From: Clostridia bacterium
GTDB taxonomy: Bacteria > Bacillota > Clostridia > Oscillospirales > CAG-272
Direction of reading: 5' to 3'
NCBI GenBank assembly: GCA_017455975.1
Contig: JAFTLK010000065.1
Location: forward strand, 336-64,335
Length of the DNA: 64,000 nt
This document shows, one piece after another, positions 54,901 through 63,780 of the stretch (within the stretch, counting starts at the first letter, position 1; every line of letters starts with the position of its first letter). Below the pieces are notes generated by a model that saw nothing but the letters and a program-made list of their open reading frames with translations, was not told the DNA's origin and made no database searches. The translations under genes were made by a program, and so were the position numbers.

Positions 54901-57225
54901 TTACTGCTTTTCCGCAAGATAGATCGACACGCGCGACTGCACGATGTCGGCACAGGCACGGGCATCGCGGACACCGGCGGAATACGCCGCGATTTCCTCT
55001 AACACAATCTCCTCAATGGTGGAGTCACACAGTGTGTACTGCGGCATTTCATAGAACATGGCACGCAGGACGGCGAGATCCTCATCGGTCATGTGGACCT
55101 CCTCATATCCGCCGCGTTCCATCATCTGTGCGTCCATCGGTTCGGGAAGTGAACCGACATAGCCGCCTGAATACCGGCTTTGCCCGGCGTTCGTATCGGG
55201 AGCCGGAAGATAGTAGAAATAGCGCTGTGAGGTGAGACTGTTTTCAAGCGCATCATGGGTGACCGGGAAAGCACTCATGGATACAGCATTCGAATTTTGT
55301 ACCGCATCGGAGAGGATATACTGCAAAAACGTCATCGCACCGCGCGGAACCGTTGTATTCTGTATCACCGCAAAGGAAAGATCACTTTCGATATACGCCG
55401 CATGACCGTCCTTGGTTGGATAGCCCCAGAAACGGATATCCGCATCGGAAAACCATCGCTTTGTACGCATATACTGCGTGGTCGAGCTGAGCGGCACTTC
55501 TAAAAACGCAAGCTGTCCTGTGGCAAGCATTTCCGTCAGATTGGGAACGGAAGCGTCTCCGTTATCATAAAGGAAGCAGGGATTTTTGGTATCAAGTCGG
55601 TCTGCAATGCTTCTGTGCAGGGACAGAAGCGTCTCAAACGCCGGACAGTCAAAGGAGCAGATCCCTGTATCCATATCATAAAAGGACTGCAGTGCCGTGC
55701 CAAGGAAACGGAAGCCGAGAAATGTACCGGCATCGTTCGGCTCTGCCGAGAACGGTACGGTATCCTGCGAGCAGTTCTCCATGTACGCGGCAAGGGTATC
55801 AATCGACAGCGTATCGGCATCCGGCAGAAGTGCGGTCAGAGAAGCGAGCGTATACAGCCGGAAGTTTGCAGGCAGCAGGTACAGCTTACCGTCGGCGGCG
55901 TATCCGTCTGCCACCCCCGGAATCAGCTGTGGAAAGAAATACGGATTCAGATCAAAGAACAGATCCTTGTTTGCAAGATCACGGTAGGTTGTCATCGAGT
56001 TGGTACCGAAAATTATGATATCCGGTGCATCGCCCCACAGAAGGTCTTCTTCCAATTTGGACAGCGCAAGGCCATCTTTGTCCGGTTCATACACGGTCAG
56101 TGTGACATGGTAGTCCTGCGAGGAGCGGTTAAAACCGCTGATGAGCTTGCCGAGCAGCTGGGGCTCTGTGCTGTAATCGAGCAGACCGAGGCGGATTTCC
56201 GTTTTGGGAGCGGCATCCGTGTCCTGCACGGACAGAATCTGTAAGGTGGGTTCGTTTGTCAGAGGATCCGTCATCCGGATCAGGTATGTTTTGGCATCGA
56301 GAACCGCAAGAACGGTGGTGGAGTCAAAAGCATAATCGGTGCGGTTCCACTCCATCATCGGGGTGACGGCTTCACCTGCCGGGTCATACGCCCAGACGGC
56401 GGTCTTGTCGATCAGATATGCGCTGCCTGCGGCATCGAATTTCAGCTGTGCACTGCGGTCAACCGTGTCAGGTTTTTTGTAAATATCTGACAGATGAAAA
56501 TCCGCGGTGTCAGGGTCGATCATATAATAGGCTTTCTCATTCGGCGCGTCGGAAAAATACAGCGTATTGTCAGGTCCTTTTGTCGGTTTTCCGTGGCGGT
56601 TGTCACATTCCGTCTGCAATACGGTTTCACCGTCCGGTGAAAATACCGTGACATGGGAGCCTGTGTAAACCGACAGATTGCCGTTGTCAAGCAGGAGCAG
56701 ATCATCGCCGGAGCCGGGCGGAAGCAGATGCTCGGCAATCACCTCTCCTGCGGCATCTAAAAAGACCGCAGTGTGGCATCCGCTGTCATCCATCGGCAGA
56801 ACGGTGAGGATGCCGCCGTCTGCAAGCGGAAGATGAATCGCTGTCTTGTGGGCATCCTCTGCGGGCGTTATCGGGTCTGTGATCCCTTGGAATGTGCCGG
56901 TGCTGTCGTAGCGGGCATAGGCTCTGCCGTCGCTGACAGAACCCGGCAGGATTATGGTTTCTCCCTGCGTCTGTACGGCACGAAGATCGTATACAAACAG
57001 TTCGTCGGGGATGGCGAGGGTGACTTGCTTGACAGTCAGCAGATCGGTACAGAGACGGTTCTCTGACGGCATGTCGGACAGTGCGTCAATGGACGCTGTT
57101 ACAGGGGCAGGAGTTGTATCGGCGGTCTGTGCGGGATCATCTGCGGTGATGTCTGCGGTGTCGCAGGAGGTGAAGAAAAGCAGGAGCAGCAGAAGCGGGA
57201 TCCATAAGATGCGGCGGTGTGTCAT
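54901..57225 (-). CDS. Large lipoprotein: N-terminal ~330-aa beta-rich domain + C-terminal solute-binding-protein-like domain
   Basis: ATG at 57225 after AAGGAG. Lipobox LLFFTSC. The C-terminal half has SBP-like segments (IRLGLLDYS...DIIIFG). The track ORF extends spuriously to 57639. Confidence 0.6.
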   Translation of the reverse strand: MTHRRILWIPLLLLLLFFTSCDTADITADDPAQTADTTPAPVTASIDALSDMPSENRLCTDLLTVKQVTLAIPDELFVYDLRAVQTQGETIILPGSVSDGRAYARYDSTGTFQGITDPITPAEDAHKTAIHLPLADGGILTVLPMDDSGCHTAVFLDAAGEVIAEHLLPPGSGDDLLLLDNGNLSVYTGSHVTVFSPDGETVLQTECDNRHGKPTKGPDNTLYFSDAPNEKAYYMIDPDTADFHLSDIYKKPDTVDRSAQLKFDAAGSAYLIDKTAVWAYDPAGEAVTPMMEWNRTDYAFDSTTVLAVLDAKTYLIRMTDPLTNEPTLQILSVQDTDAAPKTEIRLGLLDYSTEPQLLGKLISGFNRSSQDYHVTLTVYEPDKDGLALSKLEEDLLWGDAPDIIIFGTNSMTTYRDLANKDLFFDLNPYFFPQLIPGVADGYAADGKLYLLPANFRLYTLASLTALLPDADTLSIDTLAAYMENCSQDTVPFSAEPNDAGTFLGFRFLGTALQSFYDMDTGICSFDCPAFETLLSLHRSIADRLDTKNPCFLYDNGDASVPNLTEMLATGQLAFLEVPLSSTTQYMRTKRWFSDADIRFWGYPTKDGHAAYIESDLSFAVIQNTTVPRGAMTFLQYILSDAVQNSNAVSMSAFPVTHDALENSLTSQRYFYYLPAPDTNAGQSRYSGGYVGSLPEPMDAQMMERGGYEEVHMTDEDLAVLRAMFYEMPQYTLCDSTIEEIVLEEIAAYSAGVRDARACADIVQSRVSIYLAEKQ

Positions 57226-57397
57226 GGCGGGAACTCCTTTCGTTTTTGTCGTTACATTCATTATAAATGACAAATGTGAACTCATTATTACGTTTGAAAA
57301 AAAGATGCGTTTCCGCGAAAATTTTTCGGGATACACAGCATAAGCCGGAGACTGCGGGTTACAATATCCGTACTGAACATGCGGAGGTAACAGCAGG

Positions 57398-57871
57398 ATG
57401 GAACAAGCAAAAGAACGGGCGGAAACACTGTGCGCACCGGGCAGCGGAACGGTGCGCCGTCTTGGCGGTGCGTCATATGCGATTGATTTTTTTGATGAGG
57501 AAAACGGGGATGTGGTATCTCCCATCGGCGGTGTGGTGACACACATCGGGGACGGCGGCAATCGGATTTCGATCTGCTCGCACAGCGGCACTGCGGTGTC
57601 GGTCGGTGTCGGTGTGATACGGCCGGGTCGGCAGAACACGGCGGAGGGCTGTCATTTTTATGTACAGGAGGGAGAAGCGGTCAATACAGGGCAGCGTCTG
57701 ATGCATGCGCAGCTGTCGCGTATCCGGCGTTCAGGCGGATCCCCCGAGTGTGTGATGACTGTGGACGGTGCGCCCGGTGTCTGGCAGACGGTCGGCGGCG
57801 GTGCGGTGCGTGCCGGCGTAACACCGCTTCTGCGCATCGGAGGCGAACCGAATAAACAGGAAATGCGCTGA
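57398..57871 (+). CDS. PTS EIIA(Glc)-like (duplicated hybrid motif) protein lacking both active-site histidines
   Basis: 157 aa. By-eye alignment to E. coli Crr: VSPIGGVVTHIGDGGNRISICSHSGTAVSVGVGVI versus [35 protein letters not shown]. GGAGG RBS. Confidence 0.45.
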   Translation: MEQAKERAETLCAPGSGTVRRLGGASYAIDFFDEENGDVVSPIGGVVTHIGDGGNRISICSHSGTAVSVGVGVIRPGRQNTAEGCHFYVQEGEAVNTGQRLMHAQLSRIRRSGGSPECVMTVDGAPGVWQTVGGGAVRAGVTPLLRIGGEPNKQEMR

Positions 57872-57943
57872 AACGGCTTGACATGTGAGCGGTGGTGTGA
57901 TATACTTTTGAAAAAGAACAACACAGAAAAGGAGATCACACCA

Positions 57944-60067
57944 ATGAAGCAATGGATTTTTTCCACGGACACAGACTCCGGTTTTGCGCCGCTGACGCTG
58001 ATCCCAAAAACAGACGATGCGCCGCGGATATATCGGCTGGATGATGTAGACTGTGCCGACGGAATCTGCGGTATCCGCATCGTTTATGACCGCGCCGACG
58101 GATGCAGTCAGCTCCGTGTCACCGATGCGGACGGCACGGTTTACGGCGTTGTCATGGCGACCTCGTATATCGGCGAGCAGTCCACCTATGCCGATATCGC
58201 ACCGATCACCGGTACAAAAACGCTGTATCTGATTCCGGAGGGACGTCTGACACTTTTGCGCGTGGAGCTGCTCGATCACTCCCCGTATGACGACATTGCC
58301 TACGAGCCGATTCCCGAGGAATGTGTCATCGACAACGGACATGAAACGTGGGTTGCCGTGGACGAGCTCGGACGCGCGGTCAAAAACTGCGAGGATGTCG
58401 GCCGCCGCCGCGCAGACCGTCAGGTCGGTATCTTCTACTGGACGTGGCGCGATCAGCAGTCCTCACCGGAGCCGCTGAATCTGACGCAGGTTCTGCGCGA
58501 CTATCCCGGTGCGGAATACAACGAAAACCATCCCGTCTGGACAAAAAACGGCAGCCCGACGATCACCAACTGGAACGAGCCGCTGTACGGCTACTATCTG
58601 AACCGTGATCCGTACATCATCCGCCGTCATGCGGTGATGCTTGCCAATGCAGGTGTTGATTTTCTGGTCTTTGACTGCACCAACGGCTCTCTGATCTGGA
58701 AGCAGTCGTATGAGCCATTATTGGAAGGACTGCGCGCGGCACGTGCGGACGGCATCCGTGTGCCGAAGGTGGCGTTTATGCTCAATTTCGGCATCGCAAA
58801 GACCTCCGAGGATATGCTCCGCACGCTGTATCAGGATCTTTATAAGCCCGGACGCTATCGCGATCTTTGGTTCATGCTCGACGGCAAGCCGATGATTATG
58901 GCGTACCGCGGCTCTCTGCCCGAGGTCGGTGTCTGTGACTTTGACACGGCACTGCTTGACGAAATCCGGGGCTTCTTTACGTTCCGTGCCGGACAGCCGT
59001 CCTACGGCTTTGGCGATACCTGGCATGAACCGATGTGGGGATGGCTGGAAAAAGCGCCGCAGCACAAGTTCGGTGAGCGCGAGGACGGCTCGTGCGAGAT
59101 GATGACTGTCGGTGTCGCGCAGAACTGCAATGCTGAAAACCTCTGCACCTGCTTCAATGCGCCGCATACATTCGGACGCAGCTACACGCATGAATTCGGC
59201 GAGGCGTTCCTTGATGAGGATTCCTACAAGTACGGCTACAATTTCCAGGAGCAGTGGGAGCGCGCGCTGGACGTTGACCCCGATATCGTGTTTGTCACCG
59301 GCTGGAACGAATGGATCATGGGTCGCTGGCATGAACCGTGGATCGACGATCCCAATTCCACCCAGCTTGCGTTTGTCGATCAGTACAATCTTGAGTACAG
59401 CCGTGACATTGAGCCTGATGCAGACGGCATCCGCGACAACTATTATCTGCAGCTCTGCTCCAACATCCGCCGCTTCAAGGGTGCAGGCAAGCGTCCGGCG
59501 ACATCTGCGCCAAAGACGCCCGCGTCCTTTGCCGATTTTGATGACGCAACACCGGTCTATTACAACGACCGCGGCACGACCGTTCACCGCGACTGCGATG
59601 GCTTCGGTTCGACGCACTATACCAATGATACCGGCAGAAATGACATTATCCGCGCAAAGGTTCTTCGTGATGAGCGGAATTTCTACTTCTATGTCGAATG
59701 TGCCGACGATATTGTGATGCCCGATGCTGAAAACGGCATGATGCTGCTTCTGAACACCGACGGCAATCCCGATACCGGCTGGAACGGCTACAACTACGCC
59801 GTCAATCGCAAATCAGCAGGCGTTGGCTGTGCGATTGTGGAAGCGTGGACCGGCAGTGCATGGTGCGATCACACCGTCGTTCAGTATCTGTGCGAAGGAA
59901 AACGCATGATGCTGACCCTGCCGCGTGAATTTGTCGGTCTGGAAGCGGATCCCGTTTCCTTTGCGTTCAAGTGGGTCGACAACATTCCGCTCGATGATGT
60001 CATTGCCTTCTACCGTGACGGCGATACAGCACCGATGGGTCGTTTTGCATATCTTTACCGTACATAA
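57944..60067 (+). CDS. Putative cytoplasmic glycoside hydrolase-like protein (TIM-barrel-like core + C-terminal beta-sandwich); family unresolved
   Basis: ATG at 57944 after AAGGAG. 707 aa. FYWTWRDQ...WNEPLYGYYLNRDPYIIRRHAVMLANAGVDFLVFDCTNG resembles GH99/WbsX-like barrels as I remember them. Confidence 0.3.
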   Translation: MKQWIFSTDTDSGFAPLTLIPKTDDAPRIYRLDDVDCADGICGIRIVYDRADGCSQLRVTDADGTVYGVVMATSYIGEQSTYADIAPITGTKTLYLIPEGRLTLLRVELLDHSPYDDIAYEPIPEECVIDNGHETWVAVDELGRAVKNCEDVGRRRADRQVGIFYWTWRDQQSSPEPLNLTQVLRDYPGAEYNENHPVWTKNGSPTITNWNEPLYGYYLNRDPYIIRRHAVMLANAGVDFLVFDCTNGSLIWKQSYEPLLEGLRAARADGIRVPKVAFMLNFGIAKTSEDMLRTLYQDLYKPGRYRDLWFMLDGKPMIMAYRGSLPEVGVCDFDTALLDEIRGFFTFRAGQPSYGFGDTWHEPMWGWLEKAPQHKFGEREDGSCEMMTVGVAQNCNAENLCTCFNAPHTFGRSYTHEFGEAFLDEDSYKYGYNFQEQWERALDVDPDIVFVTGWNEWIMGRWHEPWIDDPNSTQLAFVDQYNLEYSRDIEPDADGIRDNYYLQLCSNIRRFKGAGKRPATSAPKTPASFADFDDATPVYYNDRGTTVHRDCDGFGSTHYTNDTGRNDIIRAKVLRDERNFYFYVECADDIVMPDAENGMMLLLNTDGNPDTGWNGYNYAVNRKSAGVGCAIVEAWTGSAWCDHTVVQYLCEGKRMMLTLPREFVGLEADPVSFAFKWVDNIPLDDVIAFYRDGDTAPMGRFAYLYRT

Positions 60068-60071
60068 AATA

Positions 60072-60104
60072 ATCCCCGCCATCCGGAAAACGGATTGGCG
60101 GGGA
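60072..60104. terminator. Bidirectional hairpin terminator between convergent genes
   Basis: ATCCCCGCCATCCG-GAAAA-CGGATTGGCGGGGAT stem-loop, weak T-run. Confidence 0.5.
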
Positions 60105-60122
60105 TGCTGTTTGTATCGGATT

Positions 60123-62045
60123 TTACTGGAACTTACGCTTCATTGCCTGAACAAACTTGTAGACATCGAAGACCGGATGGATTTCACATTCAACCTGGTT
60201 GTAGTATGCAATCAGTGCATCAATGGCTGCAGCTGCGTCTTCCTTCATACCGTCTGCACGGTATGCGCAGGCCTTTGCAAACAGGGTCGATGCCTGTGCG
60301 TGGTAGAGCAGATACTGCCAGGACTTCTTGACCGTCGCATTGGCGTGCGGTGCGGAGACATTCTTGGTGATCGTCGGCATAAAGTCGGCGATGATGCCGG
60401 GGATCTTTGCAAATTCTCTTGCCTTGTCCTCATCAACGATCGGCTTTTCACCGCGCTGGTATGCCGGGTCAAACAGATCGGAGAGAATACCGAGGTAACG
60501 GGCTGCCTTCATACCGTCGGTGCCGAATGCCGCGGTGAAGTAATCGCGTGCGATATCGGAGAATGCGGCGTCACGGTTCCACAATGTTTCCGCCATGGCG
60601 AGCATCGGCAGGGAGGTCGGGAAGAAGATACGCTGTGTCTGACAGCTGTTCATACCGTTCAGACCGATATCACGCAGGTTGCGCATATCCTCGGCCAGAA
60701 TCTTTGCGCAGGAGATGGAGCCGGGGTCGTTGTTTTCATCCAGCACCAGATGATAGTCGTAATCAAAGCTGTCGCCGGAGAAAATTTCCTGCCATTTGCG
60801 CAGACGTGCGACGTTTTCTGCAACGGAGCGGGGCATTGTCAGCTTGTTCTTTGTGTACGGAGCAAGCTCGACTGCTGCGACTTCCTCGTCGGTGACGGTG
60901 TAGGTCTTCGAATAGGTACGGGTGATCGGTGCGAACATCAGAACAAAACGGTCGGGATTGTTGATCCTCTGCTTTTCGGGTGCCCAAAGCAGGTCGACGT
61001 AAATGAGGAAGACGATCTTCGTATCGATGCCCTTTGCGGTGAGACGTTCGTCAAGTTCATTGAGCATCATGACGTAATAGTCGGCGGGGATTTCACGGCA
61101 GCGGTCACATTCACAGTGATTGTTGGAACCGTCAGCCAGCCAGAAGTGCAGGTAATCGACATCCGCGTGTGCCTCGCAATAGGCAACGATGTCATTGATG
61201 ACCGTTTGTCTGACCGCAGGATTGGAATAGCAGAGGTTGGTGTTCAGCGGAACGCCGCCCCAGAAGTCACGCTTGCCGTTCACCTTTGCAAGAACCGGTG
61301 CGATGGTGTCGGGTGCTTCGCTGTCCACCGGGGTCCATGTCGTTCCGGGAACGCCGAACGGCTCACATGTCCAGGAATGACCGACCGCATGGTACATAAG
61401 TCCGCGCTTTGCAATTTCGCCGCGGAGCATGTCGTACATGCCGTCCATTTCCTCCTCTGTCATCGGTTCTGCCGGCATCAGCGGATTGGTGGAGTGGTTG
61501 TACCAGCGGGTGAAAAATTCATAGGGCTTCTTGAACTGCACAAAATAACCGTTCATTGCGATCTTCGGGACGAAGTCGATCATATCGGCAACGTGCTCAT
61601 AGGAGACCGCGCCTTCGATACAGACCGCACGGTGACGGTAGGAAGCCGCTTCCGCAATATAAACGGGGGTGGCTTCGGGGATGCATTTCGGGATGATATC
61701 GCCGTCCTTGCCGGGACGCAGGAATGCGCATCCAAGGGCTTTTAAGTAGCGGTAAACGGCGATCAGAACGCTGCGGGGATTGGTACCGGTGATGATGCCG
61801 GCACCGTTTGCAACGTTGACATAAATTGCGTCGTCGCGTGCGGGATCGTCCACCTTCGGAATCAGCGCATCAAATGCGGGATCAATACCGATATACAGTG
61901 CATGCTCGTTGGCGTCGTCGTATTTATCCGTGATAATCCGTGTCACGCGCGCGCCTCTGTCCATGCGCTTGAGGTATTTGTTCAGCTCGTCGGCAGCAAA
62001 TGCGACCGCGGTGTTGTCTCCGAGTTGGGTAAGTTTCCAGTTCAT
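60123..62045 (-). CDS. DUF4838-like putative glycoside hydrolase (GH20-related fold)
   Basis: 640 aa with no signal peptide. N-terminus AFAADELNKYLKRM and an HCECDRC motif, as in DUF4838 proteins I recall. Confidence 0.4.
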   Translation of the reverse strand: MNWKLTQLGDNTAVAFAADELNKYLKRMDRGARVTRIITDKYDDANEHALYIGIDPAFDALIPKVDDPARDDAIYVNVANGAGIITGTNPRSVLIAVYRYLKALGCAFLRPGKDGDIIPKCIPEATPVYIAEAASYRHRAVCIEGAVSYEHVADMIDFVPKIAMNGYFVQFKKPYEFFTRWYNHSTNPLMPAEPMTEEEMDGMYDMLRGEIAKRGLMYHAVGHSWTCEPFGVPGTTWTPVDSEAPDTIAPVLAKVNGKRDFWGGVPLNTNLCYSNPAVRQTVINDIVAYCEAHADVDYLHFWLADGSNNHCECDRCREIPADYYVMMLNELDERLTAKGIDTKIVFLIYVDLLWAPEKQRINNPDRFVLMFAPITRTYSKTYTVTDEEVAAVELAPYTKNKLTMPRSVAENVARLRKWQEIFSGDSFDYDYHLVLDENNDPGSISCAKILAEDMRNLRDIGLNGMNSCQTQRIFFPTSLPMLAMAETLWNRDAAFSDIARDYFTAAFGTDGMKAARYLGILSDLFDPAYQRGEKPIVDEDKAREFAKIPGIIADFMPTITKNVSAPHANATVKKSWQYLLYHAQASTLFAKACAYRADGMKEDAAAAIDALIAYYNQVECEIHPVFDVYKFVQAMKRKFQ

Positions 62046-62264
62046 CGGTGTGTGCCATCCTTTCGTGAAAATGAATAAATTTTCGGGGCATACTACCCCA
62101 TCCTGTTTCCATTATACCAAACTCCGTGCACAAAGTCAAGAGAACTTGATTAAAAGTATAAAAAAACTCTTGAAAAATTCACCCGGATGTGGTATGATAA
62201 AACCAACGGTACCGGGAAGCCGCGATTTCCCGGTCAAAGATACAGATGAAAGGAAAAAAATATT

Positions 62265-63593
62265 ATGTTAATTCATCAGCCCTGGGTGCATACCGCGCCC
62301 GATATGTTAACCGAATGGGAGCAGTGTCTGGACGAGGGTCATGACGTTGCCGCCTTCCGTGAGATGTGCGAAACAATTTCCCGCAGCGGATATGCATGGG
62401 ACGAAACCGCAAAGAAGATCACCGATCAGATGCAGAATGCACCGATCCGTGCCGATTATGCCTACAATGAACCCTCTGATCTTGAGGGGATCCTTGCCGC
62501 ACGTCCGACAAAGCGTCACGCGCTCCAAAAAGCTGATCCCGACACGATGCGCGATAAGATCGTCGGTGCATGGACGGGCAGAATCGCAGGCTGTCTGCTT
62601 GGCAAGCCGGTCGAGGGTATGCGCCGTCCGCAGCTTTACACGCTTCTGCGCGGCACGGACAACTATCCGATGCATAAGTACATCACAAAGGGTGAGTTTA
62701 CCGAGCAGCTGATTGCCGATGCCCGTCTGAATGTCAACTCCACATGGGCTGACAACATCGGCGGTATTGAACCGGTGGACGACGATACCAACTATACAGT
62801 CTTCGGCATGAAGATGATCCAGATGTACGGCAAGAACTTTACGCCTGCTGATGTCATGGAGGGCTGGCTGCGTCTGATTCCGTATCTCGATCTCTGCACG
62901 GCGGAGCGTATCGCGTACAGAAACGGTGCGCTGGGACTTCTGCCGCCCGAAACCGCAACCTATTATAATCCTTTCCGTGAATGGATCGGCGCACAGATCC
63001 GTGCGGACTTCTTCGGCTACATCAATCCCGGTGATCCTGCGGCGGCAGCAGAGATGGCATGGCGTGATGCATCGATCTCCCACATCAAGAACGGTATTTA
63101 CGGTGAGATGTTCTGTGCGGCAATGATTGCTGCAGCGGCTGTCACCGACGATATCATGACGATCATCGAAGCGGGTCTGGACGAAGTACCTGCTGACTGC
63201 CGTCTGCGTCATGATGTGGAAAAGGTCATCGCATGGTACCGAGAGGGTCTTGACCGTGAGCAGATCATTGAGAAGATTCACGAAACCTACAACGAAAACA
63301 CAAACCACGGCTGGTGCCATACGATTTCCAACGCGATGATCGTCACGATGGCGCTGCTCGTCGGTGAAGGAGACTTCGGCAAGTCTGTCTGTGCGGCGGT
63401 ACAGGCGGCATTTGATACTGACTGCAACGGTGCGACGGTCGGCTCGATTGTCGGTATGCGCAACGGTACTGCCGGTATCCCGGCGTACTGGGCTGCTCCG
63501 TTCGGCGGCCGTCTCCTGACCTCCATCAAGGACAACAACAATGTTTCTGTGGAAGAGCTGGTAGATCAGACGATTGCCATCATGAAGCAGTAA
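62265..63593 (+). CDS. ADP-ribosylglycohydrolase-family protein (GKPVEG subfamily)
   Basis: 442 aa. GAWTGRIAGCLLGKPVEG, DDDTNYTVFG and FDTDCNGATVGSIVG metal-site motifs. Confidence 0.75.
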   Translation: MLIHQPWVHTAPDMLTEWEQCLDEGHDVAAFREMCETISRSGYAWDETAKKITDQMQNAPIRADYAYNEPSDLEGILAARPTKRHALQKADPDTMRDKIVGAWTGRIAGCLLGKPVEGMRRPQLYTLLRGTDNYPMHKYITKGEFTEQLIADARLNVNSTWADNIGGIEPVDDDTNYTVFGMKMIQMYGKNFTPADVMEGWLRLIPYLDLCTAERIAYRNGALGLLPPETATYYNPFREWIGAQIRADFFGYINPGDPAAAAEMAWRDASISHIKNGIYGEMFCAAMIAAAAVTDDIMTIIEAGLDEVPADCRLRHDVEKVIAWYREGLDREQIIEKIHETYNENTNHGWCHTISNAMIVTMALLVGEGDFGKSVCAAVQAAFDTDCNGATVGSIVGMRNGTAGIPAYWAAPFGGRLLTSIKDNNNVSVEELVDQTIAIMKQ

Positions 63594-63634
63594 GGCTTCG
63601 ATCCCGGCGAAATTACTTATAATCAAACTTTCCC

Positions 63635-63663
63635 TTGCAATTTCGGATCATTTGCGGTATAAT
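63635..63663 (+). promoter_or_regulatory. Near-consensus sigma-A promoter firing toward the window end
   Basis: TTGCAA (63635-63640) - 17 nt - TATAAT (63658-63663). Confidence 0.6.
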
Positions 63664-63729
63664 GATATTTAAGGACGCAAATCGATCCGAATTTGCTTTC
63701 AATACAATGTCGAAAGGAGTTGAACTCAA

Positions 63730-63780
63730 ATGACCATGATCATGAACGGAATCCAAACAAGAACGGTGATTTTCATTTAA
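63730..63780 (+). CDS. Candidate 16-codon leader peptide MTMIMNGIQTRTVIFI
   Basis: AAAGGAG (63713-63719), 10 nt, then ATG at 63730 and TAA at 63778. Followed by more than 200 nt of GC-rich, hairpin-rich sequence with no long ORF in the track. Confidence 0.2.
   Translation: MTMIMNGIQTRTVIFI

Noticed and set aside
54901-57639. N-terminal extensions of track ORFs: 57226-57639 here, plus 5173-5292, 16852-16911, 19551-19640, 21880-21969, 28657-28758, 46832-47086 and 54724-54765.
   Set aside because: Internal starts preceded by clear Shine-Dalgarno sequences give canonical N-termini (lipoprotein signal peptides, the conserved ScpA/FucI/AddA/GSIII starts). They also remove overlaps with neighbouring genes and promoters.
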